Counted from the stretch's first letter, positions 37,199 through 45,575 are shown. The stretch is 64,000 nt of DNA from Candidatus Yanofskybacteria bacterium (GCA_020852375.1 JADZAY010000009.1:12690-76689), one strand, 5' to 3'. Notes: generated by a model not told the origin, from the sequence alone. Numbers and translations are program-made.

Positions 37199-38482
37199 AT
37201 GAACATTACTCCGAAACCGTCGGGTGACTATCAGTACGATGTTGTCGTCGAGCTGTCCGCGGAAGATCTTACTGGGTACGTTGATGAGGCGCGCCGCCGT
37301 ATTGGGGCGGAGGTGACCATCGATGGATTCCGAAAGGGTAAGGCACCGCAGGCGCTTGTAGAGAAGAAGATCACTCCATCCGCGATACAGAGTGAGGCTC
37401 TTGAGCTCGCGCTGGAGGGGAGCTTCGAGCAGGTGGTTCGCGAACAAGGGTGGGACGTGCTGCGCACCACCGATCTCAAAGTCGAAAAGAATGACACAAC
37501 CGGGCTTCGGTACTCGATCCACGTTGCCGTGTGGCCAGAAGTGAAACTTCCCGACCTCACGACCATTCGAGTGTCGCGCGCGCCAATCGAGGTTTCGGAA
37601 GCCGACATCGATGAGGCGATCGATACGCTATGCAATATGCGGGCGACGTTCATGGAGAAGAGCGCGCCGGCTATGACCGGTGACCGCGTCGAAGTCGATT
37701 TTGACGCTTCCGTCGGCGGTGCCGTCGTAGAGGGAGGATCGAGCCGAAACCACCCGCTTGTCATTGGCGGAAAGAGCTTTATGCCGGGATTCGAAGATGA
37801 ACTCGTCGGTCTCGCTCCCGGGCAGGAAAAACGATTCACCATCATCGCGCCTGCCGATTATTATGAACCGAAGCTCGCGGGGAAGAACGTCGATTTCACG
37901 GTCACCATGCGGCGGGTGCAGTCGGTGCTGAAACCCGCGGCTGATGATGCATTTGCAAAGTCGTTGGGGCGGTTCAATGCCATTGAGGAGCTCCGAGCAA
38001 ATGTTCGCGAGGGACTTATGAACGAGAAACGAGCGAGCGAGCAACGACGGATCCGGCTGGCCATTCTCGATGCCATGGCGGCGGCAGTATCGGTGCCCGC
38101 GCCTGCGGAGATGGTTACGAGTGAGCTCGACGATATGATCCATCGGTTTCGGCACGACCTCCAGAACCAAGGGATCGATCTCAGCATGTACCTCGCGCGC
38201 ATGAAGAAGACGGAAGATGAGCTTCGACGCGACTGGACGCCGGAGGCGCAGCGACAGGTTCGAATGACCTTGCTGATCCGAGCGACGGCGAAAGAAAAGA
38301 GTATCGTCGTTTCTCCCGAGGAGCTGGATGTTGCGATGAACGGCGTGATCGCGGAGATGGTTCGGCAGGGGCGCGCGACCGAGTCGCAGGCGGACCCTCA
38401 GCGGATCCGGACAGCGTTGCTCGACCGCATGCTGACCGATCGCGCACTCGAGTTCCTCGAGGGAGTGTGCGCGACGGGGTAG
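37199..38482 (+). CDS. tig: Trigger factor
   Basis: DGFRKGKAP, FKBP domain FMPGFEDEL. Confidence 0.95.
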   Translation: MNITPKPSGDYQYDVVVELSAEDLTGYVDEARRRIGAEVTIDGFRKGKAPQALVEKKITPSAIQSEALELALEGSFEQVVREQGWDVLRTTDLKVEKNDTTGLRYSIHVAVWPEVKLPDLTTIRVSRAPIEVSEADIDEAIDTLCNMRATFMEKSAPAMTGDRVEVDFDASVGGAVVEGGSSRNHPLVIGGKSFMPGFEDELVGLAPGQEKRFTIIAPADYYEPKLAGKNVDFTVTMRRVQSVLKPAADDAFAKSLGRFNAIEELRANVREGLMNEKRASEQRRIRLAILDAMAAAVSVPAPAEMVTSELDDMIHRFRHDLQNQGIDLSMYLARMKKTEDELRRDWTPEAQRQVRMTLLIRATAKEKSIVVSPEELDVAMNGVIAEMVRQGRATESQADPQRIRTALLDRMLTDRALEFLEGVCATG

Positions 38483-38528
38483 CTATGCACATTCACCAGC
38501 GCGGCGGCGCCGCGTATACTGGTGATGT

Positions 38529-38906
38529 ATGTTCGAGTCGCTGCGCTACTCTCAGCTGTCGCTTCGCATCGGATTAGCATTCGTGTTCCTTTGGTTCGGT
38601 GTCGATGCCTTTCTGCAGCCGGCGTATTGGGTTCAGGCCTGGATGCCCGACTTTGTGCAGCGATTGACCGTGGGTGTCGGCATGGGGACCGAGAATGCGA
38701 TGTTCTTGTTCGGGATGTTCGAGGTGATCGTCGCGGTGAGCATTGCAACGGGATTCTTTATGCGGTATTTCGCTGCTGCCGCGGCGGCGTTCTTGCTTGG
38801 TATCCTTGTGACACATGGCCTGAACGAGGTCGTCGTCCGCGATGTCGGCATCATTGCCGGGCTCATCGCTCTTGTGCTGTGGCCTGAGCGGCGATACTTC
38901 TCGTAG
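38529..38906 (+). CDS. DoxX family membrane protein
   Basis: LRIGLAFVFLWFG, four TMs, RDVG. Confidence 0.85.
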   Translation: MFESLRYSQLSLRIGLAFVFLWFGVDAFLQPAYWVQAWMPDFVQRLTVGVGMGTENAMFLFGMFEVIVAVSIATGFFMRYFAAAAAAFLLGILVTHGLNEVVVRDVGIIAGLIALVLWPERRYFS

Positions 38907-38955
38907 TGTGGTTCGCTTCGGAGACGCCTATGCGCCGTCTGGGCGCAGTGTTCGT

Positions 38956-40113
38956 ATGGCAAAACATATTTATCTCGACAACGCAGCTGCAACGCCGATC
39001 GATCCGGCAGTCGTCCGGGAGGTTGTTGCTGCGTCAAAGACCGTGGGAAATCCCTCGGCCTTCAACGCCGCAGGTCGCGATGCGGCTGCGGTCGTACATC
39101 GCGCGCGACAGGTCGTCGCCACATTTCTGCATGCGCATCCGAGCGAGATCGTCTTCTGCGCTTCCGGCTCCGAGGCGAACACCCTTGCTCTACTGGGAAG
39201 CTTTCCGGCGGGGGAGACGGGAGGCGTCGTTACGACGCCGATCGAGCACCGCTCGGTGCTCGAAGCGGTTCGGAAGCTGAGAGCCGCGGGGGCCGACGTC
39301 GCGACCGTTCAAGTTGGTCCCGACGGGGTTGTTCGGGCTGAGGACGTTGTTGCCGCGATCACGCCGCATACGCGAATCGTCTCAGTGATGTACGCGAACA
39401 ACGAGGTCGGTGCGCTCCAGCCGGTCGCCCGGATCGGTGCCATGATCGCGAGGTGGCGCCGAGAGCGCAAATCCCGGTTTCCGATCTTTCATGTAGACGC
39501 ATGCCAGGCCGCTGGGTATGAACGGATGGACGTTCAGCGTCTCGGGGTTGATCTCCTGACATTCAATGGGACGAAAATCTACGGGCCGAGAGGGTGTGCG
39601 GTACTGTTCGTGCGCCGGGGGATCACCGTTGAGCCGCGCGTTCTGGGAGGGGTGCAGGAGGGTGGAAGGCGAGCCGGAACCGAGGATGTCGCGAACATTG
39701 CCGGTCTCGCTGCCGCTGTCCAGCGGGTGTCGGCCGTTCCTGCTGCTCGGATTGCCCGACTTCGCGACCGACTCGCGGAGGGTATTCTGAAGGCCGTTCC
39801 GGATGCTCGCATACACGGACCAGCGGAGGGCGCCCGGCTTCCGAATATCGTAAGCGTTTCGATTCCCGGAGCGCACAGCGAACGATTGTTGTTGGAGCTT
39901 GATCGGTTCGGCATTTCGGCCGGCTCCGGATCGGCGTGTACGGCTCATAGTGTGGAGTCTTCCCACGTATTGCGGGCCATGGGGGTTCCGAAGCGCTTTC
40001 TGGAAGGGGTCTTGCGATTCTCTCTCTCGAAGTACACGACCCGGCAGGACATCGACCGCGTGATCCAGGCGTTCCCGGAGGTTGTTGCGCGGGCCCGCAG
40101 AACCCGAGGATAG
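38956..40113 (+). CDS. iscS: Cysteine desulfurase (IscS/NifS family)
   Basis: YLDNAAATP, NNEVG, HVDACQ, KIYGPRG, GSAC. Confidence 0.92.
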   Translation: MAKHIYLDNAAATPIDPAVVREVVAASKTVGNPSAFNAAGRDAAAVVHRARQVVATFLHAHPSEIVFCASGSEANTLALLGSFPAGETGGVVTTPIEHRSVLEAVRKLRAAGADVATVQVGPDGVVRAEDVVAAITPHTRIVSVMYANNEVGALQPVARIGAMIARWRRERKSRFPIFHVDACQAAGYERMDVQRLGVDLLTFNGTKIYGPRGCAVLFVRRGITVEPRVLGGVQEGGRRAGTEDVANIAGLAAAVQRVSAVPAARIARLRDRLAEGILKAVPDARIHGPAEGARLPNIVSVSIPGAHSERLLLELDRFGISAGSGSACTAHSVESSHVLRAMGVPKRFLEGVLRFSLSKYTTRQDIDRVIQAFPEVVARARRTRG

Positions 40114-40171
40114 CGGTTCTTGAGTCTGGGGCCCTTTTGTGCTAGAATATCTGCGTTTCGAGGAGAGTTGC

Positions 40172-40243
40172 GTCCCCGTAGCTCAACGGATAGAGCAGCA
40201 GCCTTCGAAGCTGTTGATGGGGGTTCGATTCCCTCCGGGGACA
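40172..40243 (+). tRNA. tRNA-Arg(UCG)
   Basis: GCAGC-CT-TCG-AA-GCTGT. Confidence 0.94.
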
Positions 40244-40300
40244 CAGCAAAGCTGTGGACCCGAGCGAACCACCTGCGTGGTTCCCGTTTAGAGAAAATAT

Positions 40301-40373
40301 CCGCCCTTAGCTCAGTTGGTAGAGCTGCTCCCTCTTAAGGAGAAGGTCGTAGGTTCGAATCCTACAGGGCGGA
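40301..40373 (+). tRNA. tRNA-Lys(CUU)
   Basis: CCGCCCT/AGGGCGG acceptor, CT-CTT-AA loop. Confidence 0.94.
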
Positions 40374-40420
40374 CCGATACAGAAAAGCAACACCCGTTTG
40401 GGTGTTGCTTTTCTGTATAT

Positions 40421-40555
40421 TGGTGGCCCGCTGTAGGGTTTGAAGCCCGGAGCGATGTGGCGGCAGCGGCCGACACCGCGAGGGCCGGAGCCCGGAGGCG
40501 GACGGCTCAGACCGGGGGCCGTTCGACCGGAGGGTGAATCCTACAGGGCGGACCA
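40421..40555 (+). repeat. tRNA-tail Y-shaped element, Lys copy
   Basis: 19-bp direct repeat 40536-40554 = 40357-40375; inverted end 40421-40444. Confidence 0.92.
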
Positions 40556-40597
40556 CATAAACCAAAACACCCCGCGAGGGGTGTTTTGGTTGAGGCC

Positions 40598-41143
40598 TTA
40601 CTGGATGACCTCGATCTGGACGAGGCGGCGACCCAGCTTGAGTGCGGCGGCCTTATCGGCAAACCACACGTCAACGTTCTTCTGGTACCGGGTGTTCATG
40701 CGGTCCTCGACAACGAAGATCTTGTCACCGAACAGTGACGGGATCTTGATGACGGTACCGAACGGGAACATGTTCGTGGCGACGATACCGTCACGCACGT
40801 GGGTACCCTTTGCGGTAATGAACGGGCTGTCGTCGGTCTGAGCGGCCTCGGAGTTGTACGCAGACACCTCAACAAGGTAGGTCTTTCGCAGAGCCTTCTT
40901 CGTACCGCCGACCGGCGAGTTTGCCGGGACCACGGCATTTGCCATGAGCATCGGCCTCTCGTCGTCGGTAGCTCCCGAAGAGAGCACCGAAGCGTACAGT
41001 TGGTCGAAGGATCCCTCGTGGGCAACCTGGGAGCTAGCACCGTTTGAGCGGAACCAGTCCATAAGGCCTGCCTGGGCTGACAGGGAGGTCGACAGTGTGA
41101 TGGCAATGAGCGTAGCTACCAGAATCAGCTTGCGCGTCTTCAT
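40598..41143 (-). CDS. Secreted 3D-domain protein (MltA/Sps-like lytic transglycosylase)
   Basis: Signal peptide; SAYNS...QTDDSPFITA, VEDRM, VDVWF. Confidence 0.9.
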   Translation of the reverse strand: MKTRKLILVATLIAITLSTSLSAQAGLMDWFRSNGASSQVAHEGSFDQLYASVLSSGATDDERPMLMANAVVPANSPVGGTKKALRKTYLVEVSAYNSEAAQTDDSPFITAKGTHVRDGIVATNMFPFGTVIKIPSLFGDKIFVVEDRMNTRYQKNVDVWFADKAAALKLGRRLVQIEVIQ

Positions 41144-41316
41144 GGTGATGCCGTCTCCGATATCCGCAGATGAGCCGCAGTTGGCTTTCGCTGGGCAGCT
41201 CACGGACAACGCAGAGGGCGGTATTGCAATCCGGCTCAGGTACGGGGGAGGGATGAAAAAATGGCCTATCAAGCCATTCCTGCATTTGCCTCATCTACAC
41301 GCTGGATTGTACATAC

Positions 41317-41345
41317 AGTATAGCAAAACCGGCTCAAAAAGTCAA
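41317..41345 (-). promoter_or_regulatory. sigma70 promoter TTGACT-17-(TGC)TATACT driving a long leader
   Basis: Consensus spacing, extended -10. Confidence 0.75.
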
Positions 41346-41473
41346 TAGCCAAAAAGCCCTTAAAATAGGCTTAAAATAAGAAAAAAATGAACATTTTTGC
41401 CCAGAGATCAGCGGATTCTTCCGGAGGGGTAGGGGGTTGATTTTCGGCGTGTTCAGGCTATACTAGGCAATAC

Positions 41474-41544
41474 GCGGGCATCGTATAGTGGTAATACGCG
41501 ACCTTGCCAAGGTCGAGCCAGGGGTCCGATTCCCCTTGCCCGCT
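41474..41544 (+). tRNA. tRNA-Gly(GCC)
   Basis: GCGGGCA acceptor, TT-GCC-AA, U73; T-loop reads TCCGATT. Confidence 0.93.
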
Positions 41545-41793
41545 CAGACCAGAGAAAGCCCCCCGCACGGGGGTTTTCTGTTGGGGGAGGTGGTTGTGTC
41601 GCAAAATACATACTTCGCACAATATCGCACTGAGTGGATCGGTGTGGATATGCCCGGTGATTACGGCCGTGTCGCACAACCGTATCGCGGACGGTTCCCG
41701 TGTGGATATCGAGCGGGGATATCGAGAATGTCGCACAACCATTTGAGAAGCGGCGGCCTTGCGTGGCGCGATGGACGGTGCCACAATAAGGCC

Positions 41794-42159
41794 ATGGATA
41801 AACTACTGTTCGTCTATGGGACCCTCATGCAAGGCATGCGGAACCATGTGTACCTGGAAAAAGCGACCCTTGTGGGACCGGCTGAAACGAAGCCGGAGTA
41901 CGAGCTTCTGTATAACGGATCGATCCCTGCCATGCGCCCGGGTAGCGAGTCCGTAAAGGGAGAGTTGTACGAGGTGAATGACGAGATACTCGCGGGCCTC
42001 GATGTGGTGGAGGATGTCGCGGCAAACCTTTATGAACGGCATGAGATCGAGGTTGGGGGGAAAACGGCGATAGCATACCTGGGAGGGAATATCTTCAACC
42101 AGGATTCCTGGGAGCATGTCCCGAATGGGGACTACCGGGCCCTCATGGAGGCAAAATAG
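41794..42159 (+). CDS. Gamma-glutamylcyclotransferase family (AIG2-like)
   Basis: LFVYGTL, VKGELYEV, LDVVE. Confidence 0.92.
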   Translation: MDKLLFVYGTLMQGMRNHVYLEKATLVGPAETKPEYELLYNGSIPAMRPGSESVKGELYEVNDEILAGLDVVEDVAANLYERHEIEVGGKTAIAYLGGNIFNQDSWEHVPNGDYRALMEAK

Positions 42160-42238
42160 GAGCCGACTGCACCGCGCTTTCGGGCCGCGTTCCCGCCTTG
42201 AAAATGCGGGCAAAATGGTGTAGGATATGCCTGCTAAT

Positions 42239-42322
42239 GCGCGGGTGGCGAAACTGGCAGACGCACTACCTTGAGGTGGTAGCGCCCGCAAGGGCATGGA
42301 GGTTCGAGTCCTCTCCCGCGCA
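42239..42322 (+). tRNA. tRNA-Leu(GAG)
   Basis: CTACC-TT-GAG-GT-GGTAG, long variable arm. Confidence 0.96.
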
Positions 42323-42402
42323 CACTTGGCCACTCCTTATTCTGCATGTATGAAGGAAGTGGCTGGCCAAGTGTCCTGAGCGCATAGGCGCGAAGGACTA
42401 CA
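42323..42402 (+). repeat. tRNA-trailer repeat family II, copy 1
   Basis: CACTTGGCCACTCCTTATTCTGCATGTATGAAGG...; homologous to 45226-45333 and 45576-45663 (minus strand). Confidence 0.9.
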
Positions 42403-42415
42403 GTGGTTGCGGTAT

Positions 42416-42488
42416 GCGCGCTTAGCTCAGTTGGTAGAGCATCTCATTGACGTTGAGAGGGTCGTAGGTTCGAGTCCTACAGCGCGCA
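42416..42488 (+). tRNA. tRNA-Val(GAC)
   Basis: TCTCA-TT-GAC-GT-TGAGA. Confidence 0.96.
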
Positions 42489-42496
42489 CAAATTTG

Positions 42497-42871
42497 TTAG
42501 TTTTTTAGTCTCTTCCCCCGATAGTGAGCCGCTTCGGCGAGGAATCGTTCGTCATCTTTTGTGCTATGCCTGACGGCGTGGCAATTCGCACAGAGAAGAG
42601 TGCATTTCAGGATCTCTGCCCGGATGCTCTCCCAGCTCTTGTTCGCGACATTACCGAGAGTGAAGTCTTTCTTTTGTGGATCAAGATGATGGAATTGAAG
42701 GGCGGCCTGATGGCCCCTCCAGCCACAATCCACGCACTTTCCGCCGAGGATGCGTATGGCAGCCGCCTTGGTTCGATAGCGCCGGATCTTGGTGTTGCAG
42801 GCCCCGCATCTGGCGCGCATTTTCCCCTGGTAATCGTTGTACTCTTTGCCGCATAGTTTACAGATCGTCAT
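42497..42871 (-). CDS. HNH endonuclease-like protein
   Basis: GGKCVDCG...LQFHHLDPQKK...KCTLLCANCHAVRH; N-terminal zinc finger. Confidence 0.9.
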   Translation of the reverse strand: MTICKLCGKEYNDYQGKMRARCGACNTKIRRYRTKAAAIRILGGKCVDCGWRGHQAALQFHHLDPQKKDFTLGNVANKSWESIRAEILKCTLLCANCHAVRHSTKDDERFLAEAAHYRGKRLKN

Positions 42872-42945
42872 GCCTTGAGTATAGCAAAATGCGCTCTACC
42901 AAGAGAGATTGCAGGGGGACGGATTTTGTGATACCGTATACACAT

Positions 42946-43223
42946 GCCGCGGTAGCTCAGTGGTAGAGCGCAGCCCTAAATCTTTGGGGCTTTCCGCAGG
43001 AATGCGGATTGAGAAATCGGGTGAATTCGGGGGAACTCCGGAACGGTCTGGACAATCCCGAGCCGAGCTCCGTGGGGTATCCAAAACGGAGAAGGTGTAG
43101 AGACTAGCGGGTGAGCCCAACAATACTCCCGCACAAGCGCCCGACCTCCAGAACGGAGGATGATATAGTCCAATTCAGCTTCGGAAGAGGCTGGCGTCGG
43201 GGGTTCAATTCCCTCCCGCGGCA
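42946..43223 (+). tRNA. tRNA-Phe(GAA), interrupted (exons 42946-42977 and 43184-43223)
   Basis: Joined exons give CAGCC-CT-GAA-GA-GGCTG and a GCCGCGG/CCGCGGC acceptor. Confidence 0.93.
42978..43183 (+). ncRNA. Group I intron (206 nt, no ORF)
   Basis: U before the 5' splice site, terminal G, P1 AGCCCT/GGGGCT, P3 TCGGGTG/CGCCCGA, P7 AGAGACTA/GATATAGTC. Confidence 0.92.
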
Positions 43224-43270
43224 CAAAGTAAACTAAAACCGCCCCTCAGGGCGGTTTTAGTTTACTTTCC

Positions 43271-43411
43271 TGCTCGCGGCCGGGAATTGAAGGGCATCGA
43301 GCCGAGCGAACTGCTTCGCTCGGTGAGAGCCCGGGCTCCGGGGGAGCATCGAAGCGTCCGCCGAAGGCGGCTGCGAAGATGCGGAGGAGGAGAATTCCCT
43401 CCCGCGGCACA
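43271..43411 (+). repeat. tRNA-tail Y-shaped element, Phe copy A
   Basis: Inverted end ...GGGAATTGAA; right end AATTCCCTCCCGCGGCACA is the tRNA-Phe 3' end. Confidence 0.88.
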
Positions 43412-43462
43412 GAAGCAAAAGCCGACCCCATGTGGGGCCGGTTTTTGCTTTTACGTATCGTG

Positions 43463-43587
43463 GCGGGAGGGAATTGAACGCCGGAGCGATGCGGTATCAG
43501 CTGATATCGCCGCGAGGCGGTGGCCAGCCCGAGCGTCGCGACGGCGCCGCGAGAGGCGAGGCCAATGACTGACCCCTCCCGCGGCAC
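43463..43587 (+). repeat. tRNA-tail Y-shaped element, Phe copy B
   Basis: Exact inverted GCGGGAGGGAATTGAAC; right end CCCTCCCGCGGCAC; core closely similar to the Ala and Val copies. Confidence 0.92.
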
Positions 43588-43631
43588 CGGTACACAAAGC
43601 CCCCGAGAATCGGGGGCTTTGGTTTGGAGCA

Positions 43632-44048
43632 TTACTCGGTGGCAGCCTCTTCGGGTGCCGATTCCTCGGCCTCGACCGCTTTGGCGGCGACCGCCTCGGC
43701 GCGGGTCTTCTTGCGGATCTCCTTGGCGCTCTTCTCGCGGAGGTAGTACATCTTCGAGCGGCGGGTGCGGCCGGTCTTTACGACCTCAACCTTCTCGATG
43801 GAGGGGAGGCGGATGGGGTAGACCTTCTCGACGCCATATCCTCCGGCTGAGCGGCGAACGGTGATGGTGCCGCCGGCCTCGGTGCCATGCTTGCGGGCGA
43901 TGACGATACCCTCAAAAACGCTCGCCTTGCCCTTTTCGCCCTGCTTGAGCTTCTGGTGGACGCGAACGGTCATACCAACGGAAACACCCGTGAAGCGGTC
44001 TTCAGGGTTATGCTTTGCCGAGAATGCAGAAATGACGTGTTGAGACAT
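43632..44048 (-). CDS. rplS: 50S ribosomal protein L19
   Basis: FEGIVIAR, GVEKVYP, RRSKMYYLR. Confidence 0.96.
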   Translation of the reverse strand: MSQHVISAFSAKHNPEDRFTGVSVGMTVRVHQKLKQGEKGKASVFEGIVIARKHGTEAGGTITVRRSAGGYGVEKVYPIRLPSIEKVEVVKTGRTRRSKMYYLREKSAKEIRKKTRAEAVAAKAVEAEESAPEEAATE

Positions 44049-44063
44049 GGGGGAGTTGCAAAC

Positions 44064-44765
44064 TTAAACGCCGGAAGATTCTAGCATATCCAAGGTTTTT
44101 TGCAAGTCCTGGGGGAGGTCGGCTTCCAGGGCAAGGGCTTTGCCGTCCGGGCTTGTGAGGCGGAGCTTCCAGGCGTGCAGGAAGAGGCGCTCAAGGCCCG
44201 GCGGGAGAGGCTTCTTTGCCGCGTAGAGCTTGTCGCCGGCGAGGGGGCAACCGATATGCTTTAGATGTACCCGGATCTGGTGGGTGCGGCCCGTTTTTGG
44301 CATGGCGCGCACGAGTGTGTAGTCGGGGTACGAGCGGAGGACCTCATAGTCGGTGACGGCATCCCGGACAACGAGCTCGCGCTTGCCTTTGATCTGGGTG
44401 GTCTGCTTGGTGCCCAGTTTTCCCAGCGGGGCGTCGATGGTTCCCGATGCCTGCGCGGGGCGTCCGTGCACAAGGGCGAGGTATTCTTTTTGGGTCTGCC
44501 GGGTCTGGAAGAGGTTCTTGAGGTACTCGAATGTCGGCTGGTCCTTCGCGATGACCATGATGCCCGACGTCTCCTTATCCAAGCGATGCACGATGCCGGG
44601 GCGGAGCGGGGATTCGCCAACGCCGGCGAGGTACGGTCGTTCGGCGACGAGCATATCCGCCACCGTGATCTGGGGGTCGGTGGGGCTTACTTTGTGCACC
44701 GCAATGCCATACGGTTTGTTGATGGCAAAGAGATGTGCGTCTTCATAGATGACGGGGAGGGTCAT
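44064..44765 (-). CDS. RluA family pseudouridine synthase
   Basis: GIVHRLDKETSG, TGRTHQIRVH, LFLHA. Confidence 0.95.
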   Translation of the reverse strand: MTLPVIYEDAHLFAINKPYGIAVHKVSPTDPQITVADMLVAERPYLAGVGESPLRPGIVHRLDKETSGIMVIAKDQPTFEYLKNLFQTRQTQKEYLALVHGRPAQASGTIDAPLGKLGTKQTTQIKGKRELVVRDAVTDYEVLRSYPDYTLVRAMPKTGRTHQIRVHLKHIGCPLAGDKLYAAKKPLPPGLERLFLHAWKLRLTSPDGKALALEADLPQDLQKTLDMLESSGV

Positions 44766-45190
44766 GCGTTCAATGCTTTCTTGAACATTGAGAGAGCGAG
44801 GTCTGCGCTGATAAGGTTGACGGGGATTTCATTGAGTCCGAACCACTGCCACTTCTCAAACTTCTCGGGTTCCATGAGCTTTGGTTCTTGGTCGGTTGCT
44901 ACCTCGAACACGAATACATGGTCGCGTCCGGTCTCATCAATGTATGCGCCCGGATACTCACCGAGCTTCCGGACAATGCGAGCGTCCGTGACCCCGATTT
45001 CCTCCTCGATTTCTCGGATGACGGTGGACTCGGGAGCTTCACCGGCGTCGCATCTGCCACCGGGAGCGACCCATAGTGAGGTATCGTGGTAGTGGCGAAG
45101 ACCGAGTAGAATCTTCCCATTTCGAATGATGACCGATGATGTGCAGTTGTGGTTCTTTGGGGAATGAGATTCGTAGAATTTCGGCGACAT
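44762..45190 (-). CDS. NUDIX hydrolase
   Basis: GGRCDAGEAPESTVIREIEEEIG Nudix box. Confidence 0.92.
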   Translation of the reverse strand: MSPKFYESHSPKNHNCTSSVIIRNGKILLGLRHYHDTSLWVAPGGRCDAGEAPESTVIREIEEEIGVTDARIVRKLGEYPGAYIDETGRDHVFVFEVATDQEPKLMEPEKFEKWQWFGLNEIPVNLISADLALSMFKKALNA

Positions 45191-45225
45191 GGCGATGAGA
45201 AGGTGGTAAATACGTTTCTTGTGGC

Positions 45226-45333
45226 GGAATTATTGTAACTCTCCGCGCCTGCCTGCCGGTAGGCAGGCCCATGCGCTCGGGGCACTTGGCCAGCCACCCC
45301 CTTCATACATGCAGGATAAGGAATGGCTAAGTG
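45226..45333 (-). repeat. tRNA-trailer repeat family II, copy 2, with a 20-bp palindrome inserted at 45248-45267
   Basis: Hand alignment with copies 1 and 3. Confidence 0.9.
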
Positions 45334-45449
45334 TGGGCGGTAGAGGACTCGGCTTTGTCTCTCGCGTCGCCGTTGCGACGCTCGGATTAGCCACCGCCTC
45401 GCGGCGCCACCTACTGGCGGCGCATCGCTCCGGCGTTCGAGCCTCTACC
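45333..45449 (-). repeat. tRNA-tail Y-shaped element, Val(UAC) copy
   Basis: 19-bp direct repeat 45333-45351 = 45502-45520; inverted end 45435-45449. Confidence 0.92.
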
Positions 45450-45502
45450 ATTCGCTAACTGTATCAAATACAACATGCCAAATGGCATCTTGTATTTGAT
45501 AG

Positions 45503-45575
45503 TGGGCGGTAGAGGACTCGAACCCCTGACCCTCGCTGTGTAAAAGCGATGCTCTACCAACTGAGCTAACCGCCC
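45503..45575 (-). tRNA. tRNA-Val(UAC)
   Basis: TCGCT-TT-TAC-AC-AGCGA. Confidence 0.96.

Noticed and set aside
38956-40113. NGTK in place of SxHK in the desulfurase
   Set aside because: PLP lysine and catalytic Cys are retained; likely ordinary lineage variation
41144-41310. c-di-AMP or c-di-GMP riboswitch call
   Set aside because: Consensus nucleotides not found by eye; kept only as an unknown leader
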